Assembly (NCBI GenBank): GCA_963676615.1
Contig: OY781092.1
Span: forward strand, 640,001 to 704,000
DNA length: 64,000 bases
DNA from: Candidatus Cloacimonadota bacterium
GTDB lineage: Bacteria; Cloacimonadota; Cloacimonadia; G963667145
Reading direction: 5' to 3'
Shown here piece by piece: positions 10,158 through 19,960 of this stretch. Position numbers and translations under genes: made by a program. Each line of letters opens with the position of its first letter. The stretch's first letter is position 1. A model generated the notes under the pieces. That model saw only the letters and a program-made list of their open reading frames with translations. It was not told the DNA's origin and ran no database searches.

Positions 10158-11204
10158 ATGAAAGCGATAATCTCTGGTGGAGGAACTGCAGGTCACATCA
10201 TTCCTGCGCTCAGCGTTGGCAAGGCGTTGCAAGAAAAAGGCTGGCAGGTCGCTTTTATCGGTAACCGAAATTCGATGGAAGAGCGGCTCAATCGCGACTT
10301 CCCATTTGTGGCTATAAATGTGCAAAAAATCTACCGCAAACTCACTCTCAGGCATATTTTTTTTCCGTTTAAGCTCGGATTTAGTTTCTTAAAAAGTTTG
10401 TTTTTTTTTGTTAAATATAAGCCCGATGTTTTTTTTGGTAGCGGCGGATTTGTGTGCGGAGCGCCAGCTTTGGCGGCGTTTTTTTACCAAATAATTTTAC
10501 GAAAAAAAATAAGCGTCTATTTTCACGAGCAAAACTCTTTCCCTGGGCTTGTAACAAGGAATTTGGGGAATTTTGCATGCAAAGTTTTTTTGGGGAGCGA
10601 GCAAGCCGAAAAGTTTTTTGGCAAAAGCTATTTTGTGGGCAATCCGATTCAGGAGCAAAATGTGCAGACTGGAGAGAACATTTTGCTGGTTGGAGGCTCG
10701 CAAGGCTCACAATTTCTGAACGAAAATTTTCAGGAGATTTTGCCCGAAATTTTGAAAACTGGGCGAAATGTCGATTGGCAAGTGGGGGAGAAAAATCTTG
10801 CGAAATACGAAAGTTTGCAAAACGAAAATGTGAAAATTTTCGGATTTTCGCACAAAATGCCCGCTATCTATAATCGTGCAGGTTTGGTGATTTGCCGCTC
10901 GGGAGCGCTTACTCTTGCGGAGTTACAAGCAAGAGGGCTGCCCGCGGTGCTAGTGCCGCTAGGCATTTCAGCGGGGAATCATCAGTATCACAACGCCATT
11001 TCTTATGCAAAAAATGGAGCGGGAATTGTTCTCGAAGAAAAAAAATGCTCGCCAAAAAGTTTGCAAAATGCTATCTTGGCGATTGTAAAGAATTACGACG
11101 CTTTCAAAAAAGAGGCAAAAAAAAACAGCTGCAACTTGAATCCCAGCGAGTCGATTTGCAGGCAAATAATTGAGGATTATGAAAATGGAAAGAAAAATCA
11201 GTAA
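10158..11204 (+). CDS. murG: Undecaprenyl-PP-MurNAc-pentapeptide GlcNAc transferase
   Basis: GGGTAGHIIPA, HEQN, VGNP, GGSQGS, CRSGALT, HQYHNA. Confidence 0.96.
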   Translation: MKAIISGGGTAGHIIPALSVGKALQEKGWQVAFIGNRNSMEERLNRDFPFVAINVQKIYRKLTLRHIFFPFKLGFSFLKSLFFFVKYKPDVFFGSGGFVCGAPALAAFFYQIILRKKISVYFHEQNSFPGLVTRNLGNFACKVFLGSEQAEKFFGKSYFVGNPIQEQNVQTGENILLVGGSQGSQFLNENFQEILPEILKTGRNVDWQVGEKNLAKYESLQNENVKIFGFSHKMPAIYNRAGLVICRSGALTLAELQARGLPAVLVPLGISAGNHQYHNAISYAKNGAGIVLEEKKCSPKSLQNAILAIVKNYDAFKKEAKKNSCNLNPSESICRQIIEDYENGKKNQ

Positions 11205-12660
11205 ACTTGAGGCTTTTAACCTCAGCAAAAACACGCTCATTTTTATTTTGACCAAGGCGTATTACTCGATTACGGAGGACAATCGGCGGCTGATTGCCGA
11301 AAATTCTGTCAAGGACGGCTTGTATTTCGAAGATTTTTGTCAGGAGTATATCTCTCACGCCACAGCCAAGCAGTTGCAGGCGAAGATGGAAGAGATTGTC
11401 AAAGAAAATTTGCCGATTGAAAAAAAAGTTGTGAGCGCAGACGAAGCGAAGGAAATTTTTGCAGACCGCAACGATGTTTTGGAAAACCTTAACGCTTTAA
11501 ATTTTAAAGAGATAGAGGTTTATTCTTGTGGCGATTTTTGCGATTATGTGGTGGATGAGCTTTTGGAGTCCACGGGTTTGGTGGACGAGTTTGAGTTGCT
11601 GAGTTATAGCCCGGGGTTAATTTTGCATATGTCGTCTTGGCAAACAGGCAAAATCGAGGAAAATTTTAATTTTTCCAAACGGATATTTAACGCGCATCAG
11701 GCGTATAAACGCTGGCTCGTGCAGACGAAAATGTATAATTTGGCTTACCTGAACAAAGCCGTTGATGACGGTTTGATAAAAAATCAGGTGCTGCTCGACG
11801 AGACGAAAGCGGAGCAAAAAATAAGCGAAATTGCCGCAGAAATCAGCCGTGATGAGCTGACAAAGCTGGTTCTGATTGCGGGGCCTTCGTCTTCTGGAAA
11901 AACGACTTTCGCCTCAAAATTACGACTACATCTTTTTTCTGTGCATGGGCTAAAGCCTTTGCTGGTCAGCCTAGACAACTATTTTTTGCCACGAACGCTC
12001 ACGCCCAAAAAACCAAACGGCGAATACGATTTCGAATCTTTATACTCGATCGATTTGCAGTATCTCAATCAAGATTTGGGCAAAATTTTGAACGGCGAAG
12101 AAGTGGAACTGCCGCGCTACAACTTCAAAACTGGGGAGCGCGAAAAAAGTGGCAAAACGGTCAAAATGGGGCAGAAGCACATTTTGATAATCGAGGGAAT
12201 TCACGCTTTGAACGAAGCGCTGACCTACTCGATACCTTTTTTTCAGAAAAAAAGCATCTACATTAGCCCATTGTTTCAGTTGAATTTGGACAGGCACAAT
12301 CGGATTACGACCACCGAAATTCGGCAATTGCGCAGAATTGTGCGCGACAAGGCTTATCGAGGCTATTCTGCCGAGCAAACGCTGAGTCGCTGGGAGTCGA
12401 TTAGAGAAGGCGAGGACAAAAATATTTTCCCTTTTCAAGAAAGTGCCGATTTTGTTTTTAATTCTGCGCTAACCTATGAATTGGCGGCTCTTAAGCCTCA
12501 CGCTTGGAAATCTTTGCTGGAGGTTGAACAAGGCTCTAGCTCCTATCACAGAGCGCAAAAATTGCTGGCTATCTTGCGTCATGTAAAGGAGATAGACGAT
12601 AAATTTATCCCGTCAACTTCGATTTTGCGAGAGTTTATTGGCGAGAGTATTTTTCGCTAA
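11179..12660 (+). CDS. Nucleoside (uridine) kinase-family protein with an N-terminal ThrRS-like domain
   Basis: N-terminal 'LQAKMEEIVKENLPIEK..EAKEIF' ThrRS-like segment; C-terminal IAGPSSSGKTTF P-loop, IIEGIHALN, LRRIVRD..RG, GEDKNIFPFQE. Confidence 0.85.
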   Translation: MKMERKISKLEAFNLSKNTLIFILTKAYYSITEDNRRLIAENSVKDGLYFEDFCQEYISHATAKQLQAKMEEIVKENLPIEKKVVSADEAKEIFADRNDVLENLNALNFKEIEVYSCGDFCDYVVDELLESTGLVDEFELLSYSPGLILHMSSWQTGKIEENFNFSKRIFNAHQAYKRWLVQTKMYNLAYLNKAVDDGLIKNQVLLDETKAEQKISEIAAEISRDELTKLVLIAGPSSSGKTTFASKLRLHLFSVHGLKPLLVSLDNYFLPRTLTPKKPNGEYDFESLYSIDLQYLNQDLGKILNGEEVELPRYNFKTGEREKSGKTVKMGQKHILIIEGIHALNEALTYSIPFFQKKSIYISPLFQLNLDRHNRITTTEIRQLRRIVRDKAYRGYSAEQTLSRWESIREGEDKNIFPFQESADFVFNSALTYELAALKPHAWKSLLEVEQGSSSYHRAQKLLAILRHVKEIDDKFIPSTSILREFIGESIFR

Positions 12661-12764
12661 AAATTGCCAGAAAATAAAAAAATCTTGCCAAGAGGTATTT
12701 ATAAAAAACTTTGGCGGAAGTTGGGATTTGACGAGGAAAAATTGTATTTAAACGGTTGAAAAAT

Positions 12765-13157
12765 ATGGGACAAAGAAGAAAAAGTAGAGAGATTGCGATG
12801 CAGGCTTTATACGCCGAGGGTTGTCAGCGGGAAAAAGTTATGGAGACTTTGGACAAAATTGCCGAGAACGACCATTTGCAGCAAGACAGCTCGATTTTTT
12901 CGTTTGCCAAAAGATTGTCGATGGGTGTCGTTGACAATCTCGATCAAATCGACAGAATAATCATCACGAAGTCTAAAAATTGGGAATTTTCGCGAATTTC
13001 GCCGATAGATAAGGCGTTGCTACGCCTTGGGATTTATGAGCTTTTGTTTACCGAGGTTCCTAGAGCCGTTGTAATCAACGAAGCCCTGGAAATAGCCAAA
13101 GTTTTTTCGTCGGAATCTTCGGGAAAGTTCATCAACGGAATTTTGAACCAGGTTTAG
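12765..13157 (+). CDS. nusB: Transcription antitermination factor NusB
   Basis: RRKSREIAMQALY, NWEFSRI..IDKALLRLG, VVINEALEIAK, FINGILNQV. Confidence 0.95.
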   Translation: MGQRRKSREIAMQALYAEGCQREKVMETLDKIAENDHLQQDSSIFSFAKRLSMGVVDNLDQIDRIIITKSKNWEFSRISPIDKALLRLGIYELLFTEVPRAVVINEALEIAKVFSSESSGKFINGILNQV

Positions 13158-13187
13158 AAAATTATAAAAAATTAAGAGGTCTGAAAA

Positions 13188-14462
13188 ATGAGATATATGA
13201 TAAAAGCGATTACGAATTTTTTGTATCCCGTGGTCAAATTTTCTTATAGGCAAAAGCATTTGCACGCCATCAGGGTTGGCTTTGTAAACATTTTGCCGCT
13301 GGTTTTAATCGGGGCGATAGTTACCTTGGTGAACAATTTGCCGCTTCCTTTTTACCAAGAATTTATGAGTTCTATTTTTACACCAGAGTGGAAAACTTTT
13401 GGAGGTAATATTTGGAATGGAACATTTGCGATTTTGTCTTTTGTTGCTGCCTTTTCGATTTCCTCTAGTCTCGCCAAGAGCTATAAAATCGACTCTATGT
13501 TTGCCTCCATCACCGCTTTTTCTGCTTTGATAATTGTTTTCCCAGGTATGGAAGGTGGCTGGGGAATTCCCTTTGCTTGGAGCGGATTTAATGGGTTGTT
13601 TGTAGCAATAATTGTCGCTTTGGGCTCCACGGAAATATTTGTAAGAATTTATAAAATGAAAATAGTTGAAAAACTAAAATTTTTGCATTTTGATAACTCT
13701 CGGGTTTTGAAAGCGTTTGAAAGTTTTTTGCCTTGTTTTGCAGTTTTGATATTTTTCTCACTGCTTACGATTGTAATTAAAGCTTTAGATTTTAATAGTT
13801 TACACCAAATTATTTTTATTGGATTGCAAAAAATGGTTTTGGGGGTCGGTAGCACCTACATTGGCGGCTTGTTTGTTGTTATTCTTACCCATCTTTTGTG
13901 GTTTATCGGAATTCATGGTGGCAACTCGCTTGGTCCTATTTTGGAGTCAAAATTATCGCAATTTTTGTTCGACAACATAACAAGTGCGGGGCATAATATT
14001 TTGACAAAACCTTTTCTCGATGCGTTTATTTATATGGGTGGAGCTGGAATGATTTTGGCTTTGGTAATCGCTATCTTTTTCGTGCGCCGCAAAACATATA
14101 TCAAGAGTATTGGATATTTGGGATTGTTGCCTGCCTTATTTAACACCAGTGAAATAGTCACTTTTGGATTTCCAATTATTTTTAATTTTGTTATGCTCAT
14201 CCCATTTGTGTTGGTGCCGATTTTAGCCTATACAATCAGTTATTTTGTAACTGTAATTGGTGTTATGCCTGTTGTGACGCAGGGATTTATCTGGACAACT
14301 CCGCCTTTGATTAGTGGATATATCGCCACAGGATCTTTCGTTGGCGTTTTTGTGCAAATAGTGAATCTTGCCATTGGAGTGTTTGTCTATTATATTTTTG
14401 TGAGAGTGAAAGTCGAGATCGATATAAGAATGGAAACAGAAAAAAGTTTGAACAAACAGTAG
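13188..14462 (+). CDS. PTS lactose/cellobiose/chitobiose-family IIC membrane component (orphan)
   Basis: About 10 TM segments; [43 protein letters not shown]; no IIA/IIB neighbours. Confidence 0.85.
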   Translation: MRYMIKAITNFLYPVVKFSYRQKHLHAIRVGFVNILPLVLIGAIVTLVNNLPLPFYQEFMSSIFTPEWKTFGGNIWNGTFAILSFVAAFSISSSLAKSYKIDSMFASITAFSALIIVFPGMEGGWGIPFAWSGFNGLFVAIIVALGSTEIFVRIYKMKIVEKLKFLHFDNSRVLKAFESFLPCFAVLIFFSLLTIVIKALDFNSLHQIIFIGLQKMVLGVGSTYIGGLFVVILTHLLWFIGIHGGNSLGPILESKLSQFLFDNITSAGHNILTKPFLDAFIYMGGAGMILALVIAIFFVRRKTYIKSIGYLGLLPALFNTSEIVTFGFPIIFNFVMLIPFVLVPILAYTISYFVTVIGVMPVVTQGFIWTTPPLISGYIATGSFVGVFVQIVNLAIGVFVYYIFVRVKVEIDIRMETEKSLNKQ

Positions 14463-14472
14463 AAGTAAGTTT

Positions 14473-15312
14473 ATGAATTTTCAAGATATTATCCAAAATT
14501 TGAATATTTTTTGGGCAAAAAATGGTTGCAACATTTTGCAGCCTTACGATGAGCAAATGGGAGCAGGAACTTTTCATCCTGCCACTTTTTTTGGGGCGCT
14601 TTTGCAAAAGCCAACTTCGGTCGCTTATCCGCAGCCTTGTCGTCGCCCAAAAGACGGTCGCTATGGCGAAAACCCAAACCGCCTTCAACACTACTATCAA
14701 TATCAGGTGATTATCAAGCCGTCTCCAAACGACATTCAAGACTTGTATCTTCAGAGTTTGCAAACAATTGGCATAGACACCGCTAAGCACGATATTCGCT
14801 TTATCGAGGACGATTGGGAGTCGCCAACTTTGGGTGCCTGGGGGCTTGGCTGGGAAGTTTGGCTGGACGGAATGGAGATCACGCAATTCACTTATTTTCA
14901 ACAAATTGGAGGTTTAAATCTGTCTCCTGTTAGCGTGGAACTCACTTACGGTCTTGAGCGAATTGCGATGTATATTCAAAAAGTTGACGATTATCGGGAC
15001 ATTGCTTGGAACGACACCACGACATATGGTGATCTGTTTTATGAGAAAGAAAAGCAGTATTCCGACTTTAACTTTAATTACGCTTCTACGGTCGATTTGT
15101 TTGAGCAGTTTGAAGAAAATCAAAAGCAAGTGGTAACCTTAATCGAGCAAAATCTCGTCTATCCAGCTTACGATTTTTTGCTTAAATGTTCCCACTTGTT
15201 CAACCTTTTGGACGCAAGAGGCGTGATTTCGGTGACGCAAAGGACTTCTTATATCAAGCGAATACGAGATATGGCAAAAAGTTGTGCGCAAAAATATATT
15301 GAATTAAATTAA
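14473..15312 (+). CDS. glyQ: Glycine--tRNA ligase alpha subunit
   Basis: [70 protein letters not shown]. Confidence 0.98.
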   Translation: MNFQDIIQNLNIFWAKNGCNILQPYDEQMGAGTFHPATFFGALLQKPTSVAYPQPCRRPKDGRYGENPNRLQHYYQYQVIIKPSPNDIQDLYLQSLQTIGIDTAKHDIRFIEDDWESPTLGAWGLGWEVWLDGMEITQFTYFQQIGGLNLSPVSVELTYGLERIAMYIQKVDDYRDIAWNDTTTYGDLFYEKEKQYSDFNFNYASTVDLFEQFEENQKQVVTLIEQNLVYPAYDFLLKCSHLFNLLDARGVISVTQRTSYIKRIRDMAKSCAQKYIELN

Positions 15313-15321
15313 GGATTGCAT

Positions 15322-16137
15322 ATGAAATCTAAAAATTTAACGCTTTTTCTTGTTTTTGTTTTTTTTATTTTGGGAGCGAGCAATTTGATTGGAGAAGAAG
15401 AGGCTGGATTTAAAAATACCGCTAAACTTTTCAACGCTGTGCACAATATTAACAAAAAAAGACCTGTTAACGAAAAAGCTAAACAGATCGAAGATCCAAA
15501 CGAGAAAAAATTTATAGAAAGTTTTTATGAAAATGTAAAAGCGCAAAATCTGAATAAAGATAACTCTTCTGAGGTGAGCGGAAAATTTATCGAAAGTTTT
15601 TATAAGCGAAAAAGCAACATTAAAGTCGATAAGGAAGAAGACATTCAAGTTAGGAAAAAATATGATAGTTTGGATAACGAGCAATTCGATTTTTGCGGTA
15701 ACGCTTTTTTTAAGGATGGATTTTATATAATTACGATAAAAAGGAAAATCTACTTTATCGTCGGTGGCGAGTGCTACGGACAATTTTTGGATGAAAACAA
15801 AGGCTCTAGTTTTAATCGGATTGTCAGTGTTGAAAAATTTATGGAAGAGGAAGATGGAAGCATATATTATGCTTACTATATTGGGAATTTAACGCCCTTG
15901 GAATTGAAAAAATTTAAAATATTTTGGCTTGCAAACTATAACAACAAAAGATTTTCTAGCACGCTGTCAAACAGATGCTCCTATGTTGCAGTTTTAGAAA
16001 AACTAACAAACCATCAAGTTAAATTTTACAGGATTGAGTCTGGGAAAAGAGCCTATTATGACGCTAATTACATAATAAACAATAAAAGCAAATTTTTCCC
16101 TCCGATTTTGCACGAGTTTAAAGGCGTAATTTACTAA
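15322..16137 (+). CDS. Hypothetical exported protein with internal KFIESFY duplication
   Basis: Long AT-rich ORF with N-terminal signal-like hydrophobic stretch; no recognised family. Confidence 0.65.
   Translation: MKSKNLTLFLVFVFFILGASNLIGEEEAGFKNTAKLFNAVHNINKKRPVNEKAKQIEDPNEKKFIESFYENVKAQNLNKDNSSEVSGKFIESFYKRKSNIKVDKEEDIQVRKKYDSLDNEQFDFCGNAFFKDGFYIITIKRKIYFIVGGECYGQFLDENKGSSFNRIVSVEKFMEEEDGSIYYAYYIGNLTPLELKKFKIFWLANYNNKRFSSTLSNRCSYVAVLEKLTNHQVKFYRIESGKRAYYDANYIINNKSKFFPPILHEFKGVIY
15507..15603 (+). repeat. 22-bp direct repeat pair inside the hypothetical CDS
   Basis: AAAATTTATAGAAAGTTTTTAT (15507-15528) and AAAATTTATCGAAAGTTTTTAT (15582-15603), one mismatch, 75 bp apart. Confidence 0.8.
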
Positions 16138-16185
16138 ATGCGTGTTGGTGATTTTGTTTAATACAGTGGGATTTTAGGGACAAAA

Positions 16186-18564
16186 GTGGTTAAAAAATAT
16201 TTGCGGAACTATTTTTTTATTGTTTTGGCGGTTTTTTCTTTGTGCGCTGGTGTAGCTTATGGCGTTTTTTCTTATTATTATTCGCAACTGCCACCTTTGG
16301 CGTCGATTAAGTCTGTCGATTTTAAGGTGGGCTCGGAAGTTTTTGACAAAGACGGTAATTTAGTTTATGTTTTTGCCTACGAGTCTAGAGATTATTTGTC
16401 GATAAACGAGATTCCCGATTATGTTCCCCAAGCTCTTTGCGCTGTCGAAGACAAAAAATTTTACGACCATTGGGGCGTTGATTTATTCGGAGTTTTTCGG
16501 GCTTTGGTGCTTGGTCTGACGGGAATGCAGAGAATCTCGGGAACCAGCACCGTAACTCAACAGCTTGCCAAAAATATGTTTTTGTCTTCGGACAGATCTA
16601 TCGGCAGAAAAATTAAAGAAGCTATGTTGGCAGTGAAGCTGGAAAAGCATTTTTCCAAAAGAGAAATTTTGGAATTTTATTTAAACAAGGTTTATTTGGG
16701 CGCTGGACAGTATGGAATTGAAGCGGCTTCGCAGCGATATTTTGAGAAGTCGGCACGAGATTTAACAAAGCTGGAAGCGGCTTTTTTGATAGGACTTTTG
16801 AAAGCCCCCGAGGGATACTCACCATACCACAGACCGTTCACCTCTATCCAAAGGCGGAATTTGGTGCTTCGGAGGATGCTAGAAGATGGCGTTATCTCTC
16901 CGCAAGAGTACGAAGATTTTCGCTACAAATTGCTGGAATTTTCTTCTTACACCAAAAAAAGCAAAGCCATTGACTATTACATCGACTGGGTCAAGCGTGA
17001 ACTGATGAAGAGGTTCGCCGTTGAACAGATTTTCGGCGGAGGTCTAAAAGTTTATACGCCGCTAGATTGGGGGCTACAAAATTATGCCGATTCGATCGTG
17101 AATGTTGAGCTGGCAAAGGTTGAGCAGCGGAACGATTACGATGTAAAATACAGCGATTATCCAGTTGATACCGCCGCTTTCAACACCGATTATTTGCAAG
17201 TCGGGGTCTTCAGTTTAGATCCGCACACTGGTTATGTGCGGGTTTTGATCGGCGGCAGAAATTTTGGACACAGCAAGTTCAATCGAATTATGCAGGCTAA
17301 AAGGCAGCCAGGATCGTCGTTCAAGCCGCTTGTGTATTCTGCGGCGCTGGATTACGGCTACACGCCTGCCACGATTATTCAGGACGAGCCGGTGGAGTTT
17401 GTCGAGAACGACACAGTTTTTTGGGAGCCAGTGAACTATTCGCGAAAAAATTACAGCTATTTGCGGATGCGTGAGGCTCTTAAGAAGTCTAAAAATATTT
17501 ACACCGTGAAAATGAGCTACGACATAACTCCAAATCGGATAGTTTATATGGCGAGAAAATTCGGGCTAACTGGGCGATTGACTAACTCTCAAAGCGTTTG
17601 TCTTGGCTCGCACGAACTTATGCCGTATGAGCTGATTAGCGGCTACACAGCCTTTGCAAATAAAGGGAAACGGGTCGAGCCAATTTTTGTGACGAGAGTT
17701 GAAAACTCGCAAGGCAAGCTGCTTTTTGAGAGCAAAGTTAAACAAAAAGAGGTGCTTTCCGAACAGCAAGCTTTTTTGATGAACAATATGTTGCAATCGG
17801 TGATAAAAGAGGGGACTGGGCGTCGAGCTTTGTGGATGGGCTATCGCTGGACGGCTGGGGGCAAAACGGGCACAAGTAGTGACTTTAGGGATGCTTGGTT
17901 TATTGGGTTCAATAAGTTTTTGGTGACTGGAGTTTGGGTTGGATTTGACGATTTTCGCTCTTTGGGCGACGGGCAAGCAGGCTCAAATGTCGCTCTGCCG
18001 ATTTGGGTGCGGATTATGCAAAAAGCCACCTACGACAACAAAGATTTGCGTGATAAAAACGACAGAATCGATCCCAAAAAGTTTGAGTTTGCAAAGCCTA
18101 GCGGCGTTATTCAAAAAAAGATATCGAAAGTTACTGGATTGCTGCCAAAAAGCTCCAGCGAGTCGGTGATGATGGAGTATTTTATCGACGGGACGCAGCC
18201 AACCATCGACTATCCGCACAGATACAACTTCAAGCCGACTTGTTACAAAAATAATGAGAAAAACAAGCTGATTATCGACTTTGGAGGCGAGCCCTACGAT
18301 TGGGAAAATGCGGAAAAAGACGAGTTCAAAAAAGTTTATCCAGATAGCTTGAACCCAAATTTTTATGTTTTAGAAAAAGTTAAATTGCCAAAAATGCCGA
18401 GCTACGGGCAAGCGGCGATTTTGCGCGACAGAGTTTATGTCGAAGACCCACGGCAGCTAGAGATGCAAAATCAGGCGGAAGAAGAAGATCAGTTGATGGA
18501 CAATCTGCTGGATAGCTTGCTGATGAAAACTTACCAAGACGAAAACATCCCAGCCGTTGATTAA
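16186..18564 (+). CDS. mrcA: Class A penicillin-binding protein (PBP1A family)
   Basis: EDKKFYDHWG, STVTQQLAKN, RKIKE, YLNKVYLG (GT51); QPGSSFKP, SKN, GKTGTS (transpeptidase). Confidence 0.93.
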   Translation: MVKKYLRNYFFIVLAVFSLCAGVAYGVFSYYYSQLPPLASIKSVDFKVGSEVFDKDGNLVYVFAYESRDYLSINEIPDYVPQALCAVEDKKFYDHWGVDLFGVFRALVLGLTGMQRISGTSTVTQQLAKNMFLSSDRSIGRKIKEAMLAVKLEKHFSKREILEFYLNKVYLGAGQYGIEAASQRYFEKSARDLTKLEAAFLIGLLKAPEGYSPYHRPFTSIQRRNLVLRRMLEDGVISPQEYEDFRYKLLEFSSYTKKSKAIDYYIDWVKRELMKRFAVEQIFGGGLKVYTPLDWGLQNYADSIVNVELAKVEQRNDYDVKYSDYPVDTAAFNTDYLQVGVFSLDPHTGYVRVLIGGRNFGHSKFNRIMQAKRQPGSSFKPLVYSAALDYGYTPATIIQDEPVEFVENDTVFWEPVNYSRKNYSYLRMREALKKSKNIYTVKMSYDITPNRIVYMARKFGLTGRLTNSQSVCLGSHELMPYELISGYTAFANKGKRVEPIFVTRVENSQGKLLFESKVKQKEVLSEQQAFLMNNMLQSVIKEGTGRRALWMGYRWTAGGKTGTSSDFRDAWFIGFNKFLVTGVWVGFDDFRSLGDGQAGSNVALPIWVRIMQKATYDNKDLRDKNDRIDPKKFEFAKPSGVIQKKISKVTGLLPKSSSESVMMEYFIDGTQPTIDYPHRYNFKPTCYKNNEKNKLIIDFGGEPYDWENAEKDEFKKVYPDSLNPNFYVLEKVKLPKMPSYGQAAILRDRVYVEDPRQLEMQNQAEEEDQLMDNLLDSLLMKTYQDENIPAVD

Positions 18565-18580
18565 AAGAAGGAGAATTAAG

Positions 18581-19942
18581 GTGAAAAAAATTTTTGTATT
18601 GGACACAAATGTGATAATTCACAATCCCAACTCGATTTTTGCTTTTAAAGATTCGGATGTCGTTATCCCGATAACTGTGCTGGAGGAAATCGATAAATTT
18701 AAGAAAGGTTTGGACGATAAGAGCCGCAATTCTCGGGAGTTTGGCAGAATTTTGGACAGGCTCCGTGAGAAATCTGGCGCCGATTTTCGCAACGGCGTGT
18801 CGCTGCGCTCTGGTGGGATGTTGTATGTCGGGCTTTCCAGCAAAATCAAAGAGAGACTGGAAAATTTGCTGCTCGAGAACAAAAACGACAACCTTATTAT
18901 CTGCACCGCGCTTCATTTTTGCGATACGCACCCGCAAGACAAAGTCGTTTTGGTTTCCAAAGATGTAAATGTCCGCATCAAAGCCAACGCTTTGGGCTTG
19001 GACGCTCAAAATTTTAAGAACGACCAAGTCAAATTTGAAGAGATTTATACAGGTTTGCGCGAGATTAAGCTGGATAAAAAGAGGTTCGATAACGCTTTGC
19101 AATCCAAATTTTTCGAGCCGACAAAAGCGGAAAAAAAGACGATTTTTCCCAACGAATTTGCAATTATTAGAAACGAAAAAAGCGAAAAGATTTTTCGCTA
19201 TAGCGCAGACCATCAGATGTTTTATCCCTTGAATTTTTACAAAGAACCTGAAAGGATTTTTGGTGTAAAACCTCGAAACTCCGAACAACAGATGGCAATG
19301 GATTTGCTTTTAGACCCGACTGTTAAGCTTGTTTCGCTTTTGGGAGTTGCTGGCACAGGAAAAACTTTTTTGGCGCTAGCTGCTGGGATGAACCAAGTTG
19401 CGCAAAAAACTTTATATAAAAAGTTGGTGGTCTCACGGCCGATTTTCCCAATGGGCAAAGATATCGGTTTTTTGCCAGGCTCGAAAAAAGAGAAGTTCAA
19501 TCCTTGGATGCAGCCGATTTACGACAATATGGAAAAACTTACTCAAGTGGCTAACGAAGAAAATGAGAAAAATGGAACCAAAAATAAAAAGCGAGAGCGA
19601 AACCACGATAGCATCGACTCTTATTTGGATTTTGGGCTTTTACAGCTGGAGCCGCTCACTTACATTAGAGGCAGAAGTTTGAGCGACCAATATTTGATTG
19701 TTGATGAGGCGCAAAACCTTACTGCGCACGAGATCAAGACGATTATTACGCGAGCTGGCGAAAACACGAAAATCGTTTTCACTGGCGACCCCTATCAAAT
19801 AGATGTTCCATATTTGGATTCGGAATCGAACGGGCTTTCTGTGGCGGTGGAGAAGCTGAAACAAGAGAGCGCCGTGGGGCACATAACCTTGGTGAAAGGG
19901 GAGAGATCCGAGCTGGCAAACATCGCCGCCAGGAATTTTTAG
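18581..19942 (+). CDS. PIN-domain/PhoH ATPase (PhoH2/YlaK family)
   Basis: VLDTNV, VLEEIDKFK, NDNLI, VSKDVNVRIKA (PIN); GVAGTGKT, IGFLPG, YIRGRS, IVDEAQN, FTGDPYQID (PhoH). GTG start after AGGAG. Confidence 0.93.
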   Translation: MKKIFVLDTNVIIHNPNSIFAFKDSDVVIPITVLEEIDKFKKGLDDKSRNSREFGRILDRLREKSGADFRNGVSLRSGGMLYVGLSSKIKERLENLLLENKNDNLIICTALHFCDTHPQDKVVLVSKDVNVRIKANALGLDAQNFKNDQVKFEEIYTGLREIKLDKKRFDNALQSKFFEPTKAEKKTIFPNEFAIIRNEKSEKIFRYSADHQMFYPLNFYKEPERIFGVKPRNSEQQMAMDLLLDPTVKLVSLLGVAGTGKTFLALAAGMNQVAQKTLYKKLVVSRPIFPMGKDIGFLPGSKKEKFNPWMQPIYDNMEKLTQVANEENEKNGTKNKKRERNHDSIDSYLDFGLLQLEPLTYIRGRSLSDQYLIVDEAQNLTAHEIKTIITRAGENTKIVFTGDPYQIDVPYLDSESNGLSVAVEKLKQESAVGHITLVKGERSELANIAARNF

Positions 19943-19960
19943 CTGTAAATCGGAGATTAG

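Noticed and set aside
18380..19288. 302-aa - strand ORF
   Set aside because: Antisense to the PBP1A 3' end and the PIN-PhoH gene; no independent evidence
18581..19942. PIN-PhoH considered as a toxin or defence gene
   Set aside because: No adjacent antitoxin or defence genes; it is embedded in a housekeeping run and belongs to a widespread family
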